Below are positions 52,834-64,000 of a stretch of 64,000 nucleotides of DNA, one piece after another. The DNA comes from Corallochytrium limacisporum Hawaii (Eukaryota > Protista > Pluriformea). Every line of letters begins with the position of its first letter. Positions within the stretch are counted from its first letter, which is position 1. The stretch spans positions 135,198 to 199,197 of the forward strand of contig PDIP01000005.1 of NCBI GenBank assembly GCA_002811645.1, read 5' to 3'. The translations under genes were made by a program, and so were the position numbers. The notes beneath the pieces were generated by a model. It had not been told where the DNA came from. It saw only the letters and a list, made by a program, of their open reading frames with translations, and did not search any database.

Positions 52834-54291
52834 TTACATTCCGAACATTCCGAATTGGTTGGCATATGCCATTGGCTTGATATCAGGATGAGGTACAGCT
52901 TCAAATTGGGTGAATTCAGGCTCACACTCAGGTCCCAATGTGATAATGGCGCCCTTGTTACCCATCTGATCACAATAATTGGGAGCAGAAAAGATAGTTA
53001 TGCACTTGCCATCATGTGCAACTTCATACCCCTCATCCTTGACTTCGTGGCTGCGCACAAGATACTTCAAGCCATTATCTTCCAAGAATTTTGCGGTAAC
53101 GTCGGGTCCAAATTGTAATCCAATACCTCTCTTGGAAGCACCACGACCGGGTGCGTCCTGTGGGTCGGCCCATAAAAGATCTGACATAAGACCGCCCTCG
53201 GGGGGTTCTCTGTTGCGGTCAATCTTACGAATGTCGTCCAAGGTGACATCGTCTTCACTGGAGAGGCCACCGTGCACAACCAGAACCTTGCCGTCGATAC
53301 AGTAGGCGAGAGGCATCAACCTGAAGACCTCATGGAACACTTCTGCCATTTTCTGGTTGAACTTGGCCTTGACTTCTCCGTCAAATCCGTACATCTTGTT
53401 CATATTCTCAGACTCGTGGTTGCCACGTGTGAGATGGAAGTTGTCCGGGTAGAGCAGCTTGAAGGCCAGCAGTGTGAAGATGACTTCCACGCTAAATGAA
53501 CCGCGGTCCACGAAGTCTCCATTGAACAGATAAGCGTTCTCTTCCGTTGGCAGTCCCTTAATGGAAAATATGTTCATAAGATCGTAAAACTGGCCGTGTG
53601 TGTCACCGCAGATGTTGAACTGTACACCTTCCTTCTTGGGAACATCCACAAGTGAGGGCAACGCCTTGAAGTGATCTCTCGCCATGGTTAGCAGCATGTA
53701 AGCGTACCGTCTGGCAATGAGCTTTTGGTTCTTGAACCGCTCAATCATATCTGCGACAAACTCCTTGTTGACCACTTCTTCACCTTCTGGGAACTTGTAT
53801 CCGTCATATTCAGTAGGTAGAGCAATACTTTGCCATTCAATGTCATCGAAAGCACTCTTCATAACAATGTCAACTGCGATGGCTTTGGCAAATGCTTGTT
53901 CTTTAACAATCTTCTCGCATGCTTTCAACTTTAACTGGGCATCCCGATCCGCTGGAGCCACCTTGACCACCATCTTGAAATCCTTGAGGCTCTCCTTGAA
54001 CTTACAGAGCGCCATATTGGCAGTTGCCCGGCGGTAGTATGCTTTCACAAAGCTGGAGTCGATCTCAATGGCCTTTGAAGCGTCCTCTAGAGCGGCACCA
54101 TAGAACTCTTCTTTAATGTAGGCAAAGGCTCGGTTGGCGTAGTACGCTGGCACATTGGGATTCGTTTCGATGGCTTCACCGTAGAGCCTAATGGCCTCGT
54201 CAAAATGCTTTGCCTTGAAGGCATCATTTCCCTGTGCCTTCAATTCTTCGGCCTTTGCAGCCACGTCTGGGGACACCTCAGCTGCTGCCAT
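52834..54291 (-). CDS. PPP5C: Serine/threonine protein phosphatase 5
   Basis: Three TPRs plus PPP domain GDTHGQ, GDFVDRG, RGNHE, FSAPNYCD; C-terminal PHPDIKPMAYAN. Confidence 0.98.
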   Translation of the reverse strand: MAAAEVSPDVAAKAEELKAQGNDAFKAKHFDEAIRLYGEAIETNPNVPAYYANRAFAYIKEEFYGAALEDASKAIEIDSSFVKAYYRRATANMALCKFKESLKDFKMVVKVAPADRDAQLKLKACEKIVKEQAFAKAIAVDIVMKSAFDDIEWQSIALPTEYDGYKFPEGEEVVNKEFVADMIERFKNQKLIARRYAYMLLTMARDHFKALPSLVDVPKKEGVQFNICGDTHGQFYDLMNIFSIKGLPTEENAYLFNGDFVDRGSFSVEVIFTLLAFKLLYPDNFHLTRGNHESENMNKMYGFDGEVKAKFNQKMAEVFHEVFRLMPLAYCIDGKVLVVHGGLSSEDDVTLDDIRKIDRNREPPEGGLMSDLLWADPQDAPGRGASKRGIGLQFGPDVTAKFLEDNGLKYLVRSHEVKDEGYEVAHDGKCITIFSAPNYCDQMGNKGAIITLGPECEPEFTQFEAVPHPDIKPMAYANQFGMFGM

Positions 54292-55153
54292 AGTTGGCTC
54301 TTCCTCTACGGCACACGTCGATTAAGAATAGTATGTGTTAAGGGATAAACAATTCAACAAATCTGTATTGAAATATCACTTTTGTAGCTCATGAAAGTAC
54401 CTTGTCTCTTCGTGTCAATGACAGGCAAAGATTGCGTGGGCCCCCAGTTGCCGGCATTGAGGAGTCGCGGCGATGACCATGGTTTCGAGCCACCGGTCAG
54501 CACTACAGCCATAGGGAATGCCGTCCCACTGCTCTACGCATGGATATGGTGACGGAGAAGAAAAATAGAAGTCATCATCACAAAGCATTGGTAGTTAACT
54601 GAGTTTCCTGTATATTCACAAACAGCGAGTCATATGCCATGGTGGCAGTCCTGTTTTATACAACCGCTGTCGCAATGTATGTTTCAGAGCTCGAGTGTTT
54701 CGCATAGTAAACTCCACAACTGGTCGCCTCACTATAGTCATAGCGCCAGTTTCTCTAGTATATTCTTGCTCCTACCTTTGTATATTCGCCTGGACTGACC
54801 TGAGTAAATACAAGACCCCCTTCCCTCTGGTGGGGGGTGTCCATGTGAGTATTGGAGACAGGTGGAAATTCCAAGTAGCAGCAGCCCACAATCGAAATCA
54901 ATGATATTCGAGGTTAACTTGGACACCGGCTGAATTGCATTGTGGTGACCAGGTGTGACCCACGAAAAAGCAGGTGTGCCGGAAACATATAAGGGCAGCA
55001 CCCCAATCGGAAATGAGTGTTGTTGCATTTAAGTTGAGATTCTTGAAGCTTCGCTGAGTTGTCGATACGGTATTGAGTCACCCTGAACACATTTTCAATC
55101 AATCCTGAACCTCAAGACACGAAATAAAGAAATGATTCCAGAATAGAGCTGCA

Positions 55154-55831
55154 ATGACCAGCTTACGGGCAATGGCCGTACAACAGGGGTTCCTTACCAC
55201 GGCTCCAGATGGTAGTACTCGTTTGCGGACGGGACAGACGGAATGCATCGCAGCAGTTCGTGGGCCATACGAACCCATACCTAGTCAGAGACGACCGGAC
55301 AAGGCCACGCTTAACGTATACATTACACCAACTGTCGGACAAGGTAATACTCTCTATAAAAGATATGAGGAATTTGTGGCAGCGGGTTTGGAATGGGCCC
55401 TGAAGACGACTGAGTTTCCACGAGCAGCCATTGATATCGAGCTTATCACTGTTAACGATGACGGCGGCTTTCCTTCCTGTGCACTGAATGCTTGTGTTCT
55501 TGCGTGCATGGATGCTGGAATTCCTATGAAAGAGACACTAACGGCGTGCTCTATAGCAATCCCGGCCAGTAAAGACGTTGCTGGGGTGGTGGTTGATCCA
55601 AGCAAAGGAGATTTGAAGCAAAGCAACAAGCTCGCATTGGTGGTACATTTTGTTTGCAATCGCTCCAACGTGCTGCACACCCTGGCGGAGGCTACTGTGG
55701 AAGGCGAAAGGGTCAAGGACTGGGGCATTATTGATGAAGTGGAAAGTATAGCCCTAAAGGCTTCTGTAGCACAGAGGTCGTTTATGCGCTTAGCACAGCA
55801 GCGGCGATACGCCAAAGAAATATCGAGCTGA
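55154..55831 (+). CDS. EXOSC5: Exosome RNase PH-like subunit Rrp46
   Basis: DGS..GQTECIAAVRGP, KATLNV, FPRAAIDI..DDGG..CALNACVLACMDAGIPMK. Confidence 0.85.
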   Translation: MTSLRAMAVQQGFLTTAPDGSTRLRTGQTECIAAVRGPYEPIPSQRRPDKATLNVYITPTVGQGNTLYKRYEEFVAAGLEWALKTTEFPRAAIDIELITVNDDGGFPSCALNACVLACMDAGIPMKETLTACSIAIPASKDVAGVVVDPSKGDLKQSNKLALVVHFVCNRSNVLHTLAEATVEGERVKDWGIIDEVESIALKASVAQRSFMRLAQQRRYAKEISS

Positions 55832-55919
55832 GTTGAATAGAGTACACATGGACACAAATAGTAACAATGAATGATGCAATTTTGTATTCTCGCCACATCG
55901 ACAATGTCGGCGAATGAAT

Positions 55920-57236
55920 TTACTTGACGCGGCCGCCGGACGTAGCACTGGCTTTCTGGCTCGCAGTGGCTCGCATCTTTTCTGACAGATCGATGCCAAT
56001 CATAGAGTTCAAGCTTTCCGGCAGTTTGGTCATGATATCCATAATCTCTCCGGTCAGTTTGCTGGCACCAATATCACCACCACCACTACTGACCATGGTG
56101 ATCTTGTTGGCTTCACAGAGAGGTGCCGCAATCTCAGCCGCAACCTTCGGCAACTGCTGCAGGACCATGTCAACGATGGCAGCTTGACCATATTGTTCGT
56201 ACGCCTCAGCCTTCTTGTCCAGGGCGGCCGCCTCGGCCTTGGCCTTCTCACGGATAGCAAAGGCATTGGCCTCTCCCTTCTGACGGATGGTCTCAGCCTT
56301 GGCTTCAGCCTCAAAGACCATCTTGCGGGCTTCACCTTTTGCAATTGTCTCTAAGCGGTACTTTTCGGCTAGGGCAGGTTTCTTAACCGTGGATTCAAGC
56401 TCGCGGTCGCGACGTGCAATCTCCTGGGTTTCGACTTCAATCTGTTTCATACGTTCGACGACCTTGATTTGCATTTCTTCCTCAGCAATGCGCTGTTGGT
56501 TCTTGGCAGCCTGCAGATTGTAGGCCAGCTTGGCATCAGCTGCCTTAGTATTCATCTCCTGCTTGTAGACAGCGTCCTTGAGCTCATAGTTGCGCTTGGC
56601 TTCAGCGATTTCGGTGTCGTTCTTGAACTTGTTTATCATCTTCTGCTCATTGGCTTTGGCTTCCCTGATCTTGGCATCCCTTTGAGCCTCAGCCGTACCA
56701 ATGCGAGCGTCACGCTGCACTTCAGCAACTCGCTTGGCACCAAGGGCACGAAGGTATCCCTGTTCATCTTTCACATCCTTAATGGTGTAACTGACAATTG
56801 TGATACCCATGTTAGATAAATCCGTAGATGCAACTTGGAAGACAGCGGTAGCGAATTTCTGTCGATCTTGGTAAATCTCTTCCACAGTCATCGTACCCAT
56901 AATGGCACGCTGGTGACCTTCCAGAGTTTCTAAGGCAACACGTTGGATCTCTTCAACAGTCTTACCAAGGAACTGTTGGATGGCACTGCGAAGCATATCC
57001 TGGTACTGACCCTCGATTTTCACCTGAGCAACACCGCTGACGGAAATAGGTACACCCATCTGGGTGTACACGCGAGGGGAATTGATGTTTAGAGTCATAA
57101 CATTAAGACTTAGACGCTGGATTCGTTGAACGCAGGGAAACACGTATACGCGTCCACCAGTGATCACAGCAGGCTGGCTGTGGCACATGCCGGATACGAC
57201 CATACACTCATCGGGACCGGAGGTTTCAAAACCCAT
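55920..57236 (-). CDS. FLOT1: Flotillin (flotillin-1-like)
   Basis: ATG 57236 [16 protein letters not shown]; [11 protein letters not shown]; [14 protein letters not shown]; [19 protein letters not shown]; AEA-rich flotillin domain; IGASKLTGE. Confidence 0.95.
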   Translation of the reverse strand: MGFETSGPDECMVVSGMCHSQPAVITGGRVYVFPCVQRIQRLSLNVMTLNINSPRVYTQMGVPISVSGVAQVKIEGQYQDMLRSAIQQFLGKTVEEIQRVALETLEGHQRAIMGTMTVEEIYQDRQKFATAVFQVASTDLSNMGITIVSYTIKDVKDEQGYLRALGAKRVAEVQRDARIGTAEAQRDAKIREAKANEQKMINKFKNDTEIAEAKRNYELKDAVYKQEMNTKAADAKLAYNLQAAKNQQRIAEEEMQIKVVERMKQIEVETQEIARRDRELESTVKKPALAEKYRLETIAKGEARKMVFEAEAKAETIRQKGEANAFAIREKAKAEAAALDKKAEAYEQYGQAAIVDMVLQQLPKVAAEIAAPLCEANKITMVSSGGGDIGASKLTGEIMDIMTKLPESLNSMIGIDLSEKMRATASQKASATSGGRVK

Positions 57237-58638
57237 TTTTGCTGGTGTTTGAACAAACTGATTCTGAAAATATTGACACCAAGGGCGTAAGGATCGTACG
57301 TATGACACTTATTCGTCATTAGAAGAAGTCTTTGAAGGACCTTGAGTTAAAGCTCACAAGGTTCTGGATAACAACATTATACCAACACTCATGGAGTGGA
57401 AGAAAAGGAATCAACAATAGCATCATAACCCGGCATTTTGAATCCGGAGTGCTAGGTCTTTTTGGTTGTCGCAGCGATGGCCTGTATACACACTTGAAAC
57501 CTTCACAAAGGTGCGGGCAGCAATTCCCGCCCTTTGTGCGTCAGGACGTATTTGTTGGGTGGATAAATGTAGCAAATTCTTGCTCCACAAGCAGAGACAG
57601 GTAGGGCGCTTGTATGGCAAGAAAAAGCCAGCAGAAGGATCAGCGCCACAAAATTAAACAAGCATCGAGGGAGGACATGACGGCGTCGACCTCAACAGCC
57701 AAAACCACATTTTCAAAAATACGGTTCAGTTCACGTACACTTCTGATAACATTCTGTGTGATTGGCTGAACAACGGGACTGTTTTGACAATTGCTTTACG
57801 GTAGGATTCGGCTCTTGGCTTTTTTTCAGTGGGATCCATTATTTCCCCTACTGAGAGCATTTGAGCATTTAGCAACCGGCAGGGGTACGATTTTCTCAAG
57901 CCAGGGCATATGCAAGTATCCACGTCTGCCAGCGGCGATCCAGTATATTCACTATTGAATCAATTCGCCATAGGAATTTGAGCCGCGCTTATCTGGAAAG
58001 GATCGGATGAGAGCACAAGGCCGGAGTTTTAATGGCGGGGTCTAGACTATACTGCTTCTGCAAGGGGCCCCTGCTACCGCTTCCTGTCCTTCCCCCCTCG
58101 CCGTCCCAGGAGGAAGGGGGGGGGGGGAGGAGGAACCAACACCCAGAGCCCATCCTTCAACTGGCGACGAGAAACCGATCCAAATTACTCCTGGGTTGCC
58201 AGAATCTTCCCTCACTCTCCCTTTCCTATCGCCAAGGAATTCCGCATGCGGGCAGTTCGGTGTGCCCGGACCATTTCGGCGGTGTTATATTCAATTGGCA
58301 ATTGATTTCTCCTAGAAGACTAGCCAACCTGAACCCGGAGTCTCCGGCGGCGCTTCCCCCGGGCGTGCGGAGGCGGGAATTCGTTTTCCCGTCTTTTCCT
58401 GCTCCAGGAAAATAGACTCCCAATCGTTTCACGAGGGTTTCATGCATTGGTCGCACGGCGCAGATCAGCAAAAAGCAGGGAGACGGGGGAGGGTAGGTAA
58501 GTGGGCACCAGGTGCGGTTCATAGTTCATAAGGAGAGGGGCGGAGGCGGCTATTAGATGACAGAGTGGGACAAAGCATTGGAATATCGAATTTCAGGCAT
58601 TGGATAATGATCAATGATAGCAGAGCATTGTCACAAGT

Positions 58639-59082
58639 ATGCTCAGACAGGCATTTACTCGCAGTCATCTCATCCGGGTGCCCATTTCGCAGCGCGTGCA
58701 CATTCGCGCTCTGTTCGTCTCTGCCAATGTGCGGAAGGACCCATTGGGTGAAGAGGTCCACATTCCTAAGATTCCACCGATTTCTCGGGAAGGTGAGACT
58801 CGGGAGATTAAGTTGAAGCGCTTGACATATCAAGTCCGCAAGCGTGGCACTCTCGAGAATGACCTGATTCTCTCCACCTTTTTTCACGAGCACAAAGATT
58901 CCATGAGTGATGGTGACCTTGAGTACTTCGACAAGCTGCTGGACGAGCACGAGTGGGATATATACTATTGGGCCACTAGGGCTAAACCTGTACCAGAGAA
59001 TCTAAAACACCCGATCATGGATAAACTCATTAAGCATACCAAAAATGAGGGCAAAGAAGCAAGGAGACAGCCTAACCTGTAA
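58639..59082 (+). CDS. SDHAF2: Succinate dehydrogenase assembly factor 2 (Sdh5)
   Basis: Presequence; KRLTYQVRKRGTLENDLILSTF; EWDIYYWAT. Confidence 0.95.
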   Translation: MLRQAFTRSHLIRVPISQRVHIRALFVSANVRKDPLGEEVHIPKIPPISREGETREIKLKRLTYQVRKRGTLENDLILSTFFHEHKDSMSDGDLEYFDKLLDEHEWDIYYWATRAKPVPENLKHPIMDKLIKHTKNEGKEARRQPNL

Positions 59083-59282
59083 GTCCAAACCCAGATGTCA
59101 TCATACCATGTACCATAAATAAACTCCTTCAAACTTTATCATACAAATTTCCACAGCTCATGCCGGCGAGTGGACCTGTTCCTTGTATCTTGTCTGCGGA
59201 CTGGCCTGCGCGTTCTTCATCTGATATTTGGTCATAGTTTATTGTAATGATGCATGATTTTTTATGTGTGTTTTCTGTTTTC

Positions 59283-61529
59283 TCAGCGGATACGCAAGAC
59301 CGCCTGGCCGTTGAACTGCTGCTGAATCTCCTCACGAGAACGGAGGGCATCCAGGACGCGCTTTACATCGAACTCATTGAAGCCCTTGCTAACACATGTT
59401 TCGATGAGACGGGAGGTCTTGACACTTTGACCAATATTCAAACGTTGCAGGATAAAGTTCTCAATCTCTGGGAACCGATTGGCATCCACACGAGACGTAA
59501 GACCCTCAGCACCGTTCAGGTGACCCTGCATTGCGGCGGTGAGGGTGGAGACTTTGAAAAGACGCAGCGCCTCTTCGACGTCCTCTTCGGAGGCAGTGTC
59601 GGACAGTCGGGTCTTGGCAATAGCCTCAGAGATACGGATCAAAGCCTCAAGTTGGCGGATAGTCAAGGGGATGGCAGCGCTTCGTTCGCCACGCAGCTCA
59701 GCCTCCCTGGCCTTTTGCCGGTAGCTTACGAATTGATCCTTGAGCAATTCAGCAGCGCTCTCGCTCAGACGAGGAGCAGCACGGCTGCGGCAATAGGCAA
59801 TATAGCGCTTGAGGAGATCAAATTCAATCGGTCCCGTGGTCTCTTCATGGCGCGCAGTACCACTGTGCACACGTAAAACATGGCGAGCAATGTCAACATC
59901 GCGGCGAGTTTCGTGAGTGTCGCGAACGATGAAGATTAGATCGAAACGAGACAGAATAGTTGTCTGGAAGTTGATGTTGTCGCTGGCGTCCTTAGTGTCG
60001 TCCCACCGGCCGTAGACACCGTTAGCAGCAGCCATCACAGCTGTGCGACTGTTTAGGACAGTCGTAATGCCCGCTTTGGCAATGGAGATCGTTTGCTGTT
60101 CCATGGCTTCGTGGATCACCACGCGGTCGTCCTCGCGCATCTTATCGAACTCATCAATACACACCACTCCACCGTCTGCAAGGACCATAGCCCCCGCTTC
60201 GAGACGAAACTCGCGAGTGCTGCTGTCGCGAATGACACTGGCAGTCAGACCAGCGGCACTTGAACCCTTACCAGAGGTGTACACCCCCGTGGGTGCAATT
60301 TGGTGCACGAACTTCAAAACCTGAGATTTGGCAGTACCAGGGTCACCCAACAGCAGTACGTTGACGTCACCACGTAGGCGCATGCCGTCCTTCAGTTGCT
60401 TACGAGTACCGGCAAAGAGCAGGCAAGCCACAGCTTTCTTGATGTCGTCCTGGCCGTAAATAGCTGGAGCAATGCTTTTGGAAATCTTCTCCCAAAGATC
60501 TGGAGTCTGACTGAGCTGACGGAAATCGGCTTCCTCTTGGGGAGAGAAGGACTGATTGGTGCGACCAGACCCCTCCACGTCCTCTTCGATGTGCAAGGCA
60601 CGGATGTACGGGACTCGCGTGCCACCGGAACGACCTTGACCTCCGCGCTGGCGATTTCCCATGTCCGAGAAAGTATAGACACCAGTGATAATAACACGCG
60701 TACCCGGTACCACTCTGTTCACGAGGTACTGTTCGCAGGCGATGGAAATGTGACCTGGCAGTTCACCGGTTGGAACGGATTCTGGAGTCTCCTGAAGCTT
60801 GAGAGTCTGCACATCGATGCACTTGCATTCGTCAGCGAGAATAATGTAAGGATCCAGTGGGCACCGATCCCCCGCATCGGCACCCTCAAGCTTGGCAGTC
60901 TCGCAGACCCGGGGCAGCTGTGCACCACCAAGGCCGGGTTTGACGGCCTGGTCTCGAAGGCTATGGCACTTACGACACATGAGTTTGAGGTTCACGGCCT
61001 TGCTGCGGGGCATGTTTGCGGCAACTACAACACCAGGAATTTTGACAACCTTTGAGATATGAGTAGTACTGGTATGCAGGTCGCGGATTTCCATCACCCG
61101 ATGGTCAGTTTTGACCTGGATCTGCACCGGAGGGACCTGATCTGTCTTAACGCGCTCATTGTCCTTCTTTGAGATGAGCAATCTGTTGGCAATGAATTCC
61201 TTGGTGGCACTCTCGAAAGCAGGCAGTACAATGAGAGGCTGAGTGACTAGGTCCTCTGCGAGAGTGGAATTATGCGAGCGTAGATCATTAATGTCAAGCT
61301 CCATGAGGTACATGTTCCTAGCCACCGATTGGGCCAACTGATCGCGGTATTTGAAGCCACCTGCATTCTCAAAGTGCTCAATGAAGTCGTAGAATGGTTT
61401 GCGGAACCGACTGGTAACGCTAGTTTCCTGTGCAGTAAGAGTGGACTGGTTCAAGTCACCCAGCTGGGAGCGGTTGACTCCACCGATATCGTCACTTTGG
61501 TACACACGACCCTGGTCGAACCCCGACAT
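59283..61529 (-). CDS. MCM5: DNA replication licensing factor MCM5
   Basis: MSGFD N-terminus; CPLDPY; GELP; GDPGTAKSQ; IDEFDKMREDDRV; TILSRFD; TIRQLEA. Confidence 0.97.
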   Translation of the reverse strand: MSGFDQGRVYQSDDIGGVNRSQLGDLNQSTLTAQETSVTSRFRKPFYDFIEHFENAGGFKYRDQLAQSVARNMYLMELDINDLRSHNSTLAEDLVTQPLIVLPAFESATKEFIANRLLISKKDNERVKTDQVPPVQIQVKTDHRVMEIRDLHTSTTHISKVVKIPGVVVAANMPRSKAVNLKLMCRKCHSLRDQAVKPGLGGAQLPRVCETAKLEGADAGDRCPLDPYIILADECKCIDVQTLKLQETPESVPTGELPGHISIACEQYLVNRVVPGTRVIITGVYTFSDMGNRQRGGQGRSGGTRVPYIRALHIEEDVEGSGRTNQSFSPQEEADFRQLSQTPDLWEKISKSIAPAIYGQDDIKKAVACLLFAGTRKQLKDGMRLRGDVNVLLLGDPGTAKSQVLKFVHQIAPTGVYTSGKGSSAAGLTASVIRDSSTREFRLEAGAMVLADGGVVCIDEFDKMREDDRVVIHEAMEQQTISIAKAGITTVLNSRTAVMAAANGVYGRWDDTKDASDNINFQTTILSRFDLIFIVRDTHETRRDVDIARHVLRVHSGTARHEETTGPIEFDLLKRYIAYCRSRAAPRLSESAAELLKDQFVSYRQKAREAELRGERSAAIPLTIRQLEALIRISEAIAKTRLSDTASEEDVEEALRLFKVSTLTAAMQGHLNGAEGLTSRVDANRFPEIENFILQRLNIGQSVKTSRLIETCVSKGFNEFDVKRVLDALRSREEIQQQFNGQAVLRIR

Positions 61530-62189
61530 GCTTATCTCTGTATTGGCTTTCTGTTGTTCTAGGATCGAATGAGTGTCCTAAAGAGTTTTGTTTACGTTCG
61601 CCTCGAATCACTCTTCGAATCCTTACCTCACTGAAATAGCTTTAAAACCATATTTGTAAGTACACCAGGTATTTGCCGTCCCGCGTCGTTTACACAGGAA
61701 CCTTGGGCTGACCTGGACGGGAGACCTTTTTGGCCTTTGCTCCCCTTGGCTGGTTTTGCTTTTGGCGCGAAAAGCTTTCGGTTCTCTTTCCCTAAATTCA
61801 ATACAGAAGGTATGGGCAATGGAGGTATGAACAATCAGTGCGAGAGTAAAACCTGTGGCCAAGCGAAAAGAAAAAAAATTGGGGGTCCGAGACCGAGCTC
61901 GGCTCCTCTCCTTTGGACTTTTCGCGCCGGTTTTGCTGCTGTGTTCCGAGGGGCTCCGTGCCATCTGTGGGTCCCTGCGAGTGCGAGATCCTGAGCGCTC
62001 GGACCCAATGAATCAATGTCATGACCTGGCTGTGGCCGCAGTGTGTCATGCCATTAGGCAAATAGTACAAGTTCAAGCCTTGAATGCAGTAAAAGTGTGT
62101 GACAGATGTAATATAAAACATACTCTTAGTGTGCGTTTAGTAGTGATCAGTGGGTGCTTTGTGGCACATCTTTGTAAACACTTAATAGT

Positions 62190-64000
62190 TTAAGCATAGA
62201 TGCCGTTGGTGAAGGATTCGTAATCGTAACCCTCATCGGTCTTCTCCATCTGAGAGATACAGAAAGCAGCCATGTCGGGTCCGAGCTCACGGATCAGGTC
62301 GTCCTCAGTGACATACTTCTTGTCACCAGCAACAGTCTTGAAGGACTCCAGAATCTGGTCCTTGGTGTCTGTGTCCTTCTCCTCAGAGACCATAAAGTCA
62401 ATAAAGGCAGATAGAGAGATGAAGCCAGTGGCATCGGGGTCGACAATAGACATGATGCGGTCGAATTCAGGGTCACGGGGAGTGGTGGGCTCCTTGTCCA
62501 AGCTGGAGGTGGACTTGGAGCTCATGGCAGTGCCAGCAAGAGCATCACTGAGCTGGTAGCCGAGAGCAAGCAGGCAGGCACGGAACTCATTGCGATCCAG
62601 AGTGCCATTGTTGTTCTTGTCAAAGTGGCGGTAAGCCTGGCGGTACTCCTGGAGCTTCTCCTCGGGCACACCGGACATTTCCTTGGCAATGATTTGATTG
62701 TTGACCGTGTTCAGAGTCTTGGTGTTCAGTGTCTTAATACTGTCCCAGGCGACAGACAGATCGTCCATAGTGCGGGTGGTGTACTTGTTCTCAAGGATCA
62801 TGCGCTCGTCCATCTGCGCGTGCAGCTGGACCAGGGCCTGATAGTCGGCATCATGCTGAGCGATATCCTCAGACACCTGGTTCAACTTGGCAAGCTTCTC
62901 GCTGGAGTCCGCAGCATCACCCTGGATAACCTCCTTGAGCTGATCCATGGTGGCCTGCATGGCCTCCGCCTTCTGGGCGAAGTCCTGGCACAAGGCATCG
63001 TTGTCGGTCTGGCGCTGCACTTCGGCCTCGATGTCCTGCTCGCGCTGGCTAAGGAGAGCGTCGATCTCAGACTTGCGGGCCTGAACTCCGGACTCGTCAA
63101 TGGCAGTGTACGGGTTGGAGCCAGTGGCACCCAGGCCAGCCAGGGCAGAGGCAATCTCGGAGAACTTGGACAAATCACCGCTGGCGGCGACCTGCTCCTT
63201 GACAGAAGCAAATTCAGCCTGCTTTTCCTTGGCAGAGTCCAGGTTGTAGGTCTTCACAGGTTCGCTAAGGTCCTCGGCGGTCGTATCAGCGTAGCTCATG
63301 AAGCTGGTCACCTGCTTGGCGAAGGACATCCACAGGTCGTCGATTTGTTCCCAGGTAGCCTTGGCTGCTGCGAGAGCAGTCTTGCGAGAGGCAACCTTGT
63401 CCTTAATAGAGGCCCATTCGTTGCTGCTGCTCTCAAACTTGGCGTTGACCTCGTCCTGGTTGTGGTAGCCACCGGCGGCCAGCTGCTCCTTGATCTGAGC
63501 CATGGCATCGATGCGGCCGTCCTGAGCCTCGACCTCGGCAGTGAAGGTGTCGTGCTGCTTGATTAGACCCAGGACTTCAAAGAGGCCAGTGCCTACGCTG
63601 CTGTTCTCAATCTGACCGTTGTTGGCCTCAACCCACTTGCCCTGAGTGTCAGCCTTGCGGTTGAAGCGAGCGGCAAGGCGTTCGAGTTCCTCCAGACGCA
63701 GCAGTTCCTTCCGCAGGTGCTCGTCGGTCGCCTTATCATCACCGGAGAGCTGGTTCCAGGCGGCATCAATGGCCTTAATACTCAGACCCTCAGCTGGGAC
63801 ATAGGCAGACCGTCCAGAAAGACGCAGGGTGGTCTGCAGAGTAGCGTAGTGGTTCTCAAGGGCAGCTTTCTGCTCAGACTTGGGGGGCTTCTCCTGGCTC
63901 TTGTACTCGCGGTAAGAGGCAATGAGTTGCTGGACCTCAGGGATCTGGGTGTAAGTGACACGGTAGGTCTCAAAGAGGGCAATCTTGGCCTTAATCCACT
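62190..64000 (-). CDS. ACTN: Alpha-actinin (5'-truncated by window edge): four spectrin repeats plus EF hands
   Basis: Frame open from 63998: WIKAK..EKPPK..LQTTLRLSGRSAYVPAEG (SR1), RLEELERLAARF (SR2), QIDDLWMSFAK (SR3), NDALCQDFAQKA (SR4), FRHFDK-like EF hand, DKKYVTEDDL..YDYESF. Confidence 0.93.
   Translation of the reverse strand, partial: WIKAKIALFETYRVTYTQIPEVQQLIASYREYKSQEKPPKSEQKAALENHYATLQTTLRLSGRSAYVPAEGLSIKAIDAAWNQLSGDDKATDEHLRKELLRLEELERLAARFNRKADTQGKWVEANNGQIENSSVGTGLFEVLGLIKQHDTFTAEVEAQDGRIDAMAQIKEQLAAGGYHNQDEVNAKFESSSNEWASIKDKVASRKTALAAAKATWEQIDDLWMSFAKQVTSFMSYADTTAEDLSEPVKTYNLDSAKEKQAEFASVKEQVAASGDLSKFSEIASALAGLGATGSNPYTAIDESGVQARKSEIDALLSQREQDIEAEVQRQTDNDALCQDFAQKAEAMQATMDQLKEVIQGDAADSSEKLAKLNQVSEDIAQHDADYQALVQLHAQMDERMILENKYTTRTMDDLSVAWDSIKTLNTKTLNTVNNQIIAKEMSGVPEEKLQEYRQAYRHFDKNNNGTLDRNEFRACLLALGYQLSDALAGTAMSSKSTSSLDKEPTTPRDPEFDRIMSIVDPDATGFISLSAFIDFMVSEEKDTDTKDQILESFKTVAGDKKYVTEDDLIRELGPDMAAFCISQMEKTDEGYDYESFTNGIYA

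Noticed and set aside
54450-54525. Hairpin TGACC..TGGTTTCGAGCCA..GGTCA with a T-loop-like apex
   Set aside because: No cloverleaf or matching tRNA half nearby, and the helices are short enough to arise by chance.
62625-63566. 313-aa plus-strand ORF
   Set aside because: Antisense shadow caused by the strong codon bias of alpha-actinin.
1-64000. CRISPR arrays, rRNA genes, transposase or reverse transcriptase genes
   Set aside because: None seen; the window is eukaryotic and dense in housekeeping genes.

Overview
Eukaryotic nuclear DNA from a compact, intron-poor genome. All ~20 CDSs, including an 11.4-kb VPS13, are uninterrupted, and candidate splice signals occur mainly in the 5' leaders. 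The gene set (cysteine string protein, flotillin, MAPKAP kinase, carboxypeptidase D-like, ricin-domain VPS13D, four-repeat alpha-actinin, deiodinase) suggests a unicellular relative of animals; a Corallochytrium-like holozoan is my inference, not a database result. The most notable region is 41.7-43.0 kb. It holds (1) a circularly PERMUTED tRNA-Ala(CGC) gene on the minus strand, with the 3' half upstream of the 5' half, a bulge-helix-bulge-like junction at D-loop position 15/16, a spare A box in the leader and a Pol III T-run terminator; and (2) convergent with it, an iodothyronine deiodinase-family selenoprotein that the ORF track splits at an in-frame TGA, with an atypical SECIS candidate in its 3' UTR. 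Product names come from motif recognition only; no searches were run.
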